DNA of 64,000 nt from assembly GCF_001194135.2 (NCBI RefSeq), contig NC_068987.1, positions 84,526,512-84,590,511 on the forward strand, written 5' to 3'. The notes under the pieces were generated by a model that ran no database searches, was not told where the DNA came from, and saw nothing but the letters and a program-made list of their open reading frames with translations. Origin of the DNA: Octopus bimaculoides (lineage: Eukaryota). The position numbers and the translations under genes are program-made. Shown piece by piece: positions 1 through 9,885 of this stretch (position 1 is the first letter of the stretch; each line of letters starts with the position of its first letter).

Positions 1-392
1 TGACTTACGGGAATATTATGTCAATATAATAGTCAATAGTTGTGAGTTAGATGTTTAAATCATAATTCCCCCCGGAGCACTTTGATAAGAAATGTATTCT
101 CTTAGAAGTAAGTTTGTATAGTTATATTTACATGAAAATGGTATTGGTGCTATTTAAAAAATCGCATAATGTTCACGGGATTCAATAGTGCTCGCGTCAT
201 AATTTGCATTTCACACTTCAGCACGGATTTTGATTGATGGCTATTTATCGTTCTTCATTTCAACATATCTCCCGTCGTCTACTTGAATGCATTTCTCAAT
301 TTTTGGGGCTCTTATAAGGAAATTTTAAAGAATATCCATACACGAGCACAACTCTTATATTCTATACATCATATCCGTATATATTATTGATA

Positions 393-598
393 TCAAATTT
401 TGGCGCAAGGCCAGCAATTTTAGGGGAGGCGTAAGTCGATTACAACGACCGCAGCGTTCAAGTGGTACTTATTTTATCGACCCTGAAAGTATAAACAGCA
501 AAGCTGACCTCGGCGGGATTCGATCTCAGGACGTAAAGACAGGCAAAATGTAGTTAAGTATATTGCTCCGCGTGCTAGCAATTCTGCTAGTTGGCCTT
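393..598 (-). mobile_element. tRNA-derived SINE, family A, diverged copy
   Basis: Reverse complement matches the family-A consensus seen throughout the window (…GTTCTGAGTTCAAATTCCGCCGAGGTCGACTTTGCCTTTCATCCTTTCGGGGTCGATAAAATAAGTACC…). Boundaries approximate. Confidence 0.85.
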
Positions 599-689
599 GT
601 TATGTACGTATAAATATTAATTGGAAATTTTATCTTGACTAAAACTGTAAACCTCTCCAGCTTCCTGATTAATATTTATATCCAAATAT

Positions 690-904
690 GGCAGCGAGCT
701 GGCAGATACGTTAGCACGCCGGACGAATTGCTTATGTGTATTTCGTCTGCCGTTATGTTCTGTGTTCAAATTCTGCCGAGGTCGACATTGCTTTTTATCC
801 TTTCGGGGTCGATAAATTAAGTACCAGTTGCGTACTGGGGTCGATCTAATCGACTGGACCCCTCCCTCAAAATTTCTGGCCATGTGCCTAGAGTAGAAAA
901 GAAT
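690..904 (+). mobile_element. tRNA-derived SINE, family A, full monomer
   Basis: GGCAGCGAGCTGGCAGATACGTTAGCACGCCGG head, B-box-like GTTCAAATTC, central CCTTTCGGGGTCGATAAATTAAGTACCAG, tail ending GTGCCTAGAGTAGAAAAGA. Confidence 0.92.
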
Positions 905-1400
905 ATTCCAATATATTAATATTTACATATATTCAAATATCGATGCAATAAAGTTAAACACAAGTTTATATCATAATTCCTGTACGCGTTTCAACATTAT
1001 GGTTGTGTGGGAATCTGCAATAGGTGTACATAGTAAATCTAGATATTCAAACACAACGGATCATCAGAGAACATTGCAGTGCGTTAGGCTGTTGATAATT
1101 ATTTATATTCAATTTTTTAATTCAAATAGATCTTTTACCTTTAAATGTTTTTCAGTCATTAGCCTGCGGAAGAATTTTAGTCAAAAGAATAAACTCCAGT
1201 ACTTATTTTAATTTTAAACCTGATACCTATTCTAACGGATACTTATGCTGAACCAGTAAGTTACAGCGTCATAAACACACCAATCCCGGTTGTCAGGTGG
1301 TGTAATGGGAGACAAGCGCTGACACAAAGACGGGTACATACACATACATACAAACATACAAACACAAATACACAAACACTATATAATGTATTTATATATA

Positions 1401-1592
1401 CAGGGTTGGCCAAAAGTCACTTAATAATCAATTTTATTTATTCATTCCACATATGAATGTTTAATAATTGAATGCTGTGAGTTAAAAATGCCCGATATTT
1501 TTTCAATATTTGGTACTTATTTGCGAAGTCTCATAAAATTATTTTCTTTTTTAATCTTAGATTTACTGTCAGGTAACATTTGGCCAGAGCTG
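1401..1592. mobile_element. Tc1/mariner-like MITE (degenerate)
   Basis: Left end TA|CAGGGTTGGCCAAAAGTCAC (1401-1420) vs reverse complement of 1573-1592, CAGCTCTGGCCAAATGTTAC: 15/20 identity. No ORF. Confidence 0.5.
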
Positions 1593-1602
1593 TGTGTATA
1601 TA

Positions 1603-1723
1603 CCAGGGGGTGTATGAAAAGTCTAGAGTCTCAAAAACAAAACATGGTACAAGACTTCTGACGAAGGTACAATTGTTGAAGCCTTGAAGGCCTTCAAGGC
1701 TCAACATTTTTCATACACCCCTC

Positions 1724-1724
<1 letters not shown>
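1603..1724. mobile_element. mariner-like MITE / internally deleted element
   Basis: TIR pair CCAGGGGGTGTATGAAAA (1603-1620) and TTTTCATACACCCCTCGT (1707-1724), resembling mariner TACGAGGGG termini. Confidence 0.65.
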
Positions 1725-1755
<31 letters not shown>

Positions 1756-2223
1756 NNNNNNNNNNNNNNNNNNNNNNNNNNNNNNNNNNNNNNNNNNNNN
1801 NNNNNNNNNNNNNNNNNNNNNNNNNNNNNNNNNNNNNNNNNNNNNNNNNNNNNNNNNNNNNNNNNNNNNNNNNNNNNNNNNNNNNNNNNNNNNNNNNNNN
1901 NNNNNNNNNNNNNNNNNNNNNNNNNNNNNNNNNNNNNNNNNNNNNNNNNNNNNNNNNNNNNNNNNNNNNNNNNNNNNNNNNNNNNNNNNNNNNNNNNNNN
2001 NNNNNNNNNNNNNNNNNNNNNNNNNNNNNNNNNNNNNNNNNNNNNNNNNNNNNNNNNNNNNNNNNNNNNNNNNNNNNNNNNNNNNNNNNNNNNNNNNNNN
2101 NNNNNNNNNNNNNNNNNNNNNNNNNNNNNNNNNNNNNNNNNNNNNNNNNNNNNNNNNNNNNNNNNNNNNNNNNNNNNNNNNNNNNNNNNNNNNNNNNNNN
2201 NNNNNNNNNNNNNNNNNNNNNNN
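1756..2223. other. assembly gap (N run) flanked by (TA)n
   Basis: N run. The other gaps are at 4741-4918, 5853-6682, 24047-24202, 24640-25408, 39102-39657, 43689-43698, 44839-44848, 47099-47136, 48497-48603 and 58695-59064. Confidence 0.99.
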
Positions 2224-2250
2224 ATATATATATATATATATATACATATA

Positions 2251-2378
2251 ACGAGTTTCTTTCAGTTTTACCAAGATCCATTCACAAGACTTTGTTCGAG
2301 CCGAGGTTATAGTTAAATACACTTGCCCAAGGAACCGTGCAGCTGGGGAGCAACATCTCACCACAGAGCCATATCTGG
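2251..2378 (-). mobile_element. family B composite SINE, degenerate 5' part
   Basis: CACTTGCCCAAGG and TTTCTTTCAGTTT motifs shared with the intact family-B copies. Confidence 0.7.
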
Positions 2379-3845
2379 GTCTGTAAATACTCACAAATAT
2401 TCCAATATATCAATATATAATTTCACTTCGTAATAACAAATATTTTGAATGCTGTATTAGCCATGTTCTATCTTTTCAACACAGTATGGAGTGTAATATA
2501 AAATCAAGAAGTATTCGAACTCAGGATATACTTTGCAACATATATCAATTAGTATTGTAGACCGCTAAATTCTATTGATGGAACACTGGTTTATTTTTGT
2601 GTATTTTAAACATAGACTTAGGAAACGCGTTCCACATTATATATGTCACAGCTATTTCTATATTTTTTTTCAATAATCTCTCAACATTATAGGATTATTT
2701 ATTTTGACTGAAGAATGAAATAAAATAAACTAGAAGTTCAAGTTAAAATGGATTCAGTTTCTTTTCCTTTTATATACTTGAATACAACTGAAGTTTATTG
2801 AATCAATAGATGAATGTAGGTAATTGCAGTGAGGACCATAATATAGGCATGAATAACACGACATAATCAGGCGTCGCATACATTACAATGCTTCACAGAG
2901 TAAAAGGGTTATAGATTATTGGAATTTTTTGTAAATCATGCAATGAATCACCGATTTGGCTATCCTTGATAAGTGGTATATCATTAGATGATTTCTATTT
3001 TTGAATTTCTAGGGTGATTTAGTATTTCATTCTAGAGAAATGAATTAAATTAGGTGCAGTTGATGAAAGTTCGTTTTAGTGTGAATGAAAACTAATCGAG
3101 TTGTCTACAAAAATGGAGATGAATCAATAGAATCTCCACTATTAAAAGAATATATCGCAGTCGATAAGTTTACCGGTGCTAGCGAGCTGATAGATCAACA
3201 GTAACAACAACAGCAACAACATCAACAACAATGGCAATGATGACAACAACATCAGCAATAATGACAATTCAATAGAGAATATTATGAATATGATAGTAGA
3301 TGTGCCAAATAATGTTTCTGTCATGTAGTAGTTCCGTCTAGTTTTGACGACACATCATACCGAGATATTCCACAGCTTTGAAAGCATACATATTATCCTG
3401 GTGAGAAAAGCAATTGCTACGAAACTACTAAAGTTAAGTTCATTTTAAAGAAAGCCTTCGGAAACTAATAGCTTTCCATGCAGAAAATGTATCTGCCATG
3501 TGTGTATGTTTTATATGCATATTGAAAGCATTTGACTGTCAAATAGTTGCCTAATTCACTAATTTGATGACCCTGTGTGGTACATAACCACAGTGTGAGA
3601 AATATGAGCAGTGAATAATTACAATTATCTCATAAAAAACCCCATCGATTTTGGATTAAACTCTTGCTGAGAATGAAGACTGGAGGTTATGGATTCATTT
3701 TAGTGCGTTGCATTAGAAGCACTCTATTAGGAAAGTATCCTTAGTTAAAGCTGCATTATCGTTCATTTCTTTTATGGAACCGGTAGAACAGACAGAAGTC
3801 ATATTTGTTGATGTTCTAACGATTCCACCAGCCTCAAAACCTATT

Positions 3846-4354
3846 CTTCTTTCGTTTCTTTGCGCCCTTTTTAAAGCCTAGCCAGGCGCATGGGCCAACG
3901 TTTCTCGGTTTCTATGGCGTATGTGTTCCCCCCTCCCCCAACTGGACGGGGCACCAGTCCATCTCAGCTTTACTCAAGAAACAGGAAGAAAGAGTGAGAG
4001 AAAGTTGGGGCGAATTGGCAAGGCTGCGAGCTGGCAGAAACGTTAGCACGCCGGGCGAAATGCTTAGCGGTATTTCGTCTGACGCTACGTTCTGAGTTCA
4101 AATTCCGCCGAGGTCGACTTTGCCTTTCATCCTTTCGGGGGTCGATTAAATAAGTCCCAGTTACGCACTGGGGTCGATATAAGAATGTTGGGGGCGAAAG
4201 AGTACAACTAGGGTCGCCAACACCCCCTGCTGGAGCCCCGTGGAGCTTTAGGTGTTTTCGCTCAATAAAGACACACAACGCCGGTCTGGGAATCGAAACC
4301 GCAATCCTCCGACCGCGAGTCCGCTGCCCTAACTACTGGGCCATTGCGCCTCCA
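3846..4354 (-). mobile_element. tRNA(Arg)-like SINE, family C, with 14-bp TSD and a nested family-A SINE
   Basis: Minus-strand head TGGAGGCGCAATGGCCCAGTAGTTAGGGCAGCGGACTCGCGGTC…GGTTTCGATTCCC (A and B boxes, TCG in the anticodon position). Flanked by CCTCAAAACCTATT (3832-3845) and CCTCAAAATCTATT (4355-4368). Confidence 0.88.
4021..4182 (+). mobile_element. family A SINE nested in the family C SINE
   Basis: Typical family-A head and body. It interrupts family C, with GTTGGGGCGAA on the left and GTTGGGGGCGAA on the right. Confidence 0.9.
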
Positions 4355-5806
4355 CCTCAAAATCTATTACCATAAATAATTTTGCGCGGAGGTCGCTTGT
4401 GGATAACATCAACAGCAATACCCGACTGCTAATTCATATTTATAAGTGATGAAAACGACGAATTATAAAGTTAATCTCGGCGGGTCTCGAGCTCAAAATG
4501 AGAAGAGTCGTAACAGATACCGCAAAGTAAATTATCCAGCGCTGTAACAATTCTCCCAACATAACACCTTATTTGTAGTTACTATGAATAAAAATAATAA
4601 ACATGTCTGTAGTTCTTTTTCTTTTTTTCTTCTATTTTTTTTTTTTTTTCGAAAATCTGAAAACATCTGCAATTTTCATAATTTCAGAACACAGAAATTT
4701 TTTGAAGTACGAAGAAAATATTGTTTGACACTTGTTCTATNNNNNNNNNNNNNNNNNNNNNNNNNNNNNNNNNNNNNNNNNNNNNNNNNNNNNNNNNNNN
4801 NNNNNNNNNNNNNNNNNNNNNNNNNNNNNNNNNNNNNNNNNNNNNNNNNNNNNNNNNNNNNNNNNNNNNNNNNNNNNNNNNNNNNNNNNNNNNNNNNNNN
4901 NNNNNNNNNNNNNNNNNNTATATATATATATATAGTTTGAGCATAAAATATAACCGAAATGTTAGTATTAATCTATTGTTACATTACTCTTATTGTGGCC
5001 CGAGTTTACAACATTTCAATATGCGATTTCAGAAATTATGTCGTCTGAAGGAACAACTTGCAAGTGTTAATTCAGACAACAATGACGATTTCCGGCTCTG
5101 TGGATGAAAGCGATGAAAGCGCAGACTGAATGATTTTCTATTACGATTATTATTATTTCTTTTTTTTTTTTTTTTAATCAATCTGTCTATATTCTATACT
5201 TTTGTAATGAAATAATTTTCTAGTGAATGAGACATATATATGAAAAAAAAAACGGCAACAATGATAGACCGAAAACACAAACAAAAATAGTTGAACAAAT
5301 AACAAAGGATTTGATTGTGAAAAGATCTGATTCAACGAATTGAAGCAATTTTGTTTCCCAATTATTTTCCAATTAACATTGTTTGTAAATAGCTGCGAAT
5401 ATTTCTATAAAGTAATGGACGACTGGTGTAAAACAATAGAATTGTGTTTGAAACGGCTGTCTTTTCTACTGAAAGCTATTTCGTGTTACTAATATTATCC
5501 ATTGGAAATGTATGTCCATTACCAATTCCTATTTCTACGGATAATATAGTAGGTTACCTATATATCTAGAAAATATAGAATCTACTACACCCGAATCATA
5601 ATATGATGGGATATTTTTTTAATGTATACTACCTAATTTAATAAAAACTGTGAAAAGATGAGGTACTTGCTTATTTGATCCACGACCTCATTGCTTCAGG
5701 TCCAGCCCGATTGCGCGTAACCATGAGTAAATGACTTCTACTATAGTCTCGAGTCAATTAATGTGTTTCGAGTGGATTTAGCAGAGGAAACTGAGAGGAT
5801 CTCGTC

Positions 5807-5852
<46 letters not shown>

Positions 5853-6711
5853 NNNNNNNNNNNNNNNNNNNNNNNNNNNNNNNNNNNNNNNNNNNNNNNN
5901 NNNNNNNNNNNNNNNNNNNNNNNNNNNNNNNNNNNNNNNNNNNNNNNNNNNNNNNNNNNNNNNNNNNNNNNNNNNNNNNNNNNNNNNNNNNNNNNNNNNN
6001 NNNNNNNNNNNNNNNNNNNNNNNNNNNNNNNNNNNNNNNNNNNNNNNNNNNNNNNNNNNNNNNNNNNNNNNNNNNNNNNNNNNNNNNNNNNNNNNNNNNN
6101 NNNNNNNNNNNNNNNNNNNNNNNNNNNNNNNNNNNNNNNNNNNNNNNNNNNNNNNNNNNNNNNNNNNNNNNNNNNNNNNNNNNNNNNNNNNNNNNNNNNN
6201 NNNNNNNNNNNNNNNNNNNNNNNNNNNNNNNNNNNNNNNNNNNNNNNNNNNNNNNNNNNNNNNNNNNNNNNNNNNNNNNNNNNNNNNNNNNNNNNNNNNN
6301 NNNNNNNNNNNNNNNNNNNNNNNNNNNNNNNNNNNNNNNNNNNNNNNNNNNNNNNNNNNNNNNNNNNNNNNNNNNNNNNNNNNNNNNNNNNNNNNNNNNN
6401 NNNNNNNNNNNNNNNNNNNNNNNNNNNNNNNNNNNNNNNNNNNNNNNNNNNNNNNNNNNNNNNNNNNNNNNNNNNNNNNNNNNNNNNNNNNNNNNNNNNN
6501 NNNNNNNNNNNNNNNNNNNNNNNNNNNNNNNNNNNNNNNNNNNNNNNNNNNNNNNNNNNNNNNNNNNNNNNNNNNNNNNNNNNNNNNNNNNNNNNNNNNN
6601 NNNNNNNNNNNNNNNNNNNNNNNNNNNNNNNNNNNNNNNNNNNNNNNNNNNNNNNNNNNNNNNNNNNNNNNNNNNNNNNNNNATACATACATACATACAT
6701 ACATACATACA

Positions 6712-6744
<33 letters not shown>

Positions 6745-6764
6745 CATTCGCCATGATAGATCGC

Positions 6765-6945
6765 TAACCACTACACACATTTTTCTTCTCTCCTTGTTTC
6801 TTTCTGTGTTCCTTTCTGTGGAAGAGCGTAGGCTCGAAACGTTAAAGACTTTTTTCAATTCCCATGTGTTATACTAATACATCTATTTGTTTTCTACACC
6901 ACGTGTCTTAGTCTTTTGTTTTTTTTTTGTGACTTCTGCCTTTAT
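6765..6945 (+). mobile_element. short PLE-like repeat (hammerhead family 2), ending at (TA)n
   Basis: Homologous to 33385-33545(-) and 31310-31400(+): GAAGAGCGTAGGCTCGAAACGT..AAAGACTTT…ATACTAATA…TACACCAC. Boundaries approximate. Confidence 0.7.
6812..6847 (+). ncRNA. minimal type-I hammerhead ribozyme motif, variant core (CUGUGGA)
   Basis: Stem I CUUU/AAAG; core CUGUGGA plus an extra A; stem II GAGC-GUAG-GCUC; GAAAC-GUU with palindromic ACGU as in dimer-forming PLE hammerheads. Activity untested. Confidence 0.6.
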
Positions 6946-8328
6946 ATATATATTTCAGTATATTTGTATGTATGTATGGATGGATGGATGGGTGGCAGGA
7001 TGCCTGTATGTATGTACATGCACACCGATACGCAGATAGGTGTGGAAGTAAATAACTGAGTGCGCGCGTACTTAGTAGCTAGATATTTATGGTAGAATGG
7101 ATTGGTAGTTTAAACGATGTGTAGTAGAAGAAGCGTGAAAATATTCTTGATATGTAGAACAATTCTTTTTAACACTAAGCACTTGAAATCAATGCGTTCA
7201 TCATGTAAAGTTATAAGGCAACAAACGATATTTTTTCTCTGTTAGTTATTTTTCATAATATTTCTACTCCACTTTTTTGTATTATATGAAAAGAAATTGT
7301 GCATAAATAAACAAAATCTAAACTCAATCCAGTTTTCAGAAAGTTTCTATGGAATTTCGATTGTAATTTGAATTACAAAACGATTGTTATGATACCTAAA
7401 ATTTCATCATATCGACAGTCTCCATAGGATACCGCCTCCACAATCGATACAATACTAAGCCAAATAAGGAAATCGGCAGAAAGCAAAACTTTTAGATAAA
7501 AGCGAAGCAGTGCATGTATTATTATACTGAATAATTTTTTTCCTGTAAATTAAATTCAGCAAGCCGTATCGATATTGTCTGACTACCGAACGAATTTTTC
7601 ATAATTTATATCCAATACGTGTTCCATATAACGCTTGTATAACAAAGGGATTTGACTCTGAAATACTTCGGGTGGCAAACGTTGTAATAATTATGTGACA
7701 ATCAATTTAATATAGAAACAACAAACATTATTCAACTGTTTCTTTGCTGAGAAGCTGAGTTAAATAACTTTCCACGAGAAATCCTTTCGTTTACAGGACA
7801 TGCAAAGATTCAAATACATGAAAATGTCAGCTAAAATTGTGAATAACTCGCGGTTCGTATTCTCTCAGATGTTGCTTTACATCTTAGGTTTAATCTTATT
7901 ATTCTCATCGGAAGACACAGTTTAACTCACAAGTACAACAAGCAATGATATTTGCTGCTTAAACCAGCGCCAGAACGAAATAAATACATTAATATTCTTG
8001 ATATACTGAAGAATTTATGAGCTTGAATTGGTTTCTTTATCATATAAATCCTGGTATATACAAGCATTCGTGTTTTCCTTTTAGTGTGAGAATTCATACC
8101 GAAGGATTGTTTTGGAGTGCATGTTTCAGTCTAAATCAACATTTGTTGTGATATAGCAGTGATTGGCAGACATTTTCAATCCACATATAACAGTTGCGAC
8201 AATTATGAGGATGATTATCATTCTGCAAACCAGGTGCTGTATTGATAAATAATTAGCTTAACTTAGTCTCCAATGTACGTATATCCAAAGAACGGGTCAC
8301 GTGGAACAAACCTTACTCTGGTTGACCT

Positions 8329-8329
<1 letters not shown>

Positions 8330-8372
<43 letters not shown>

Positions 8373-8410
8373 ATCACCTGATAGAATGCTGTGAGACAGT
8401 ATGCTGTTTC

Positions 8411-8460
<50 letters not shown>

Positions 8461-8493
8461 ATATCTATCTATCTATCTATATATCTATCTGTC

Positions 8494-8540
<47 letters not shown>

Positions 8541-8573
8541 TTATCTATCTATCTATCTTTCTATCTATCTATT

Positions 8574-8604
<31 letters not shown>

Positions 8605-8637
8605 AGATAGATAGATAGATAGATATAATAAAAAAGA

Positions 8638-8670
<33 letters not shown>

Positions 8671-8707
8671 ATCTATCTATCTATCTATCTATCAATTTGC
8701 CTGTCTG

Positions 8708-8753
<46 letters not shown>

Positions 8754-8755
8754 CA
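8330..8755. repeat. compound microsatellite (CT)n / (TATC)n / (TAGA)n / (TGTC)n
   Basis: Read directly from the sequence. It explains the ORFs at 8273-8614. Confidence 0.97.
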
Positions 8756-9274
8756 TGTGCGCGTGTGTGTGTATGTATGTTTGTGTGTACATATTTGTAT
8801 GGTTATATTTTAGCATTTAAGCATACTTTCGCTTACGCGCTGAGTATGTCTGTATGTGAATGTAAGCAATCAGGTGATATGAAGAAATAATATTTAATCA
8901 GCAATGGACAGAGTCAAGCGTTGGCAACTTATTGTCTCGCTTATCTGCGACTATGCATTCGATATTAGGAAGAGGAAAATAAAAGAATAATATTTTATGT
9001 ATTTTGTAGAATCTCACATCTTTGAAGTTAAAAGTATTAGTAAATATAATTGCATTACGATGTTGCTATCATATTCTCTCATATATTCGATATGCATAAA
9101 AAGAAAAAAAAACAAAAATCCAAAAAGCAATGAAGATAACATGTGGATATTTTGTTGAATTTTAAGGATAATTTAACTGTAGATGTTAGTCGTATGTGTT
9201 GGTAATACAAAACTAATTTCGATTGGCCGGGTTTACACTTTGCACTTATTGAACCTAATACGGAATCTAATGAT

Positions 9275-9885
9275 AGCAGCGAGCTGGCAGAGTCGTTACC
9301 ACGCCGGGCGAAATGCCTAGCGGTATTTCATGTCTTTACGTTCTGAATTCATATTCTGCCGAGGTCGACTTTACTTTTCATCCTTTCGGGGTCGATAAAT
9401 TAAGTACCAGTTACGTACTGGAGTCGATATAATCGACTTAATCCGTTTGTCTGTCCTTCTTTGCCCCTCTGTGTGGGCAGTAAAGAAATAAGAAACGTTA
9501 GCATTGGGCGAAATGCTTAGTGGTATTTTGTCTCTCTTTACGTTCTGAATTCATATTCCGCCGAGGTCGACTTCGTCTTTCATCCTTTCGGGGTTGTTAC
9601 ATTAAGCACCAGATGCGTACTGGTGTCGATCTAATCGACTGGACCCTTCCTCCGAAATTTCGGGCCTTGTCGCTACAGTAGAAAAGAATCGTTAGCACTC
9701 CGGACAAAGTAGGTAGCAGCATTTCGTCCGTCTTTACGTTCTAAGTTTAAATTCCACCGAGGTCGACTTTGTATTCTATTCTTTCGGTGTGGATAAATTA
9801 AGAACCAGTTGACCACTGGTGTCAATATAATCGGCTTACCCACCTTCTCCGAACCTGCTGGCCTTGTGCCAAAATTTGAAACTAA
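9275..9885 (+). mobile_element. family A SINE trimer (tandem monomers)
   Basis: Three successive copies of the GAGGTCGAC…CCTTTCGG…GATAAATTAAG..CCAG body. The first junction is TAAAGAAATAAGAAACGTTAGCA. Confidence 0.9.

Noticed and set aside
3180-3330. Asn-rich open frame
   Set aside because: It is a degenerate (AAC/AAT)n microsatellite.
1684-6858. Long ORFs of 175-349 aa in the ORF track (also at 24495-25607, 39047-39696 and 58562-59224)
   Set aside because: They are artefacts of N runs and (TA)n/(TACA)n microsatellites; only the 24306-24639 part has real coding signal.
7868-7925. Signal-peptide-like MLLYILGLILLFSSEDTV after a good acceptor
   Set aside because: It ends in a stop and has only weak donors. 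Hydrophobic stretches arise easily in AT-rich DNA.
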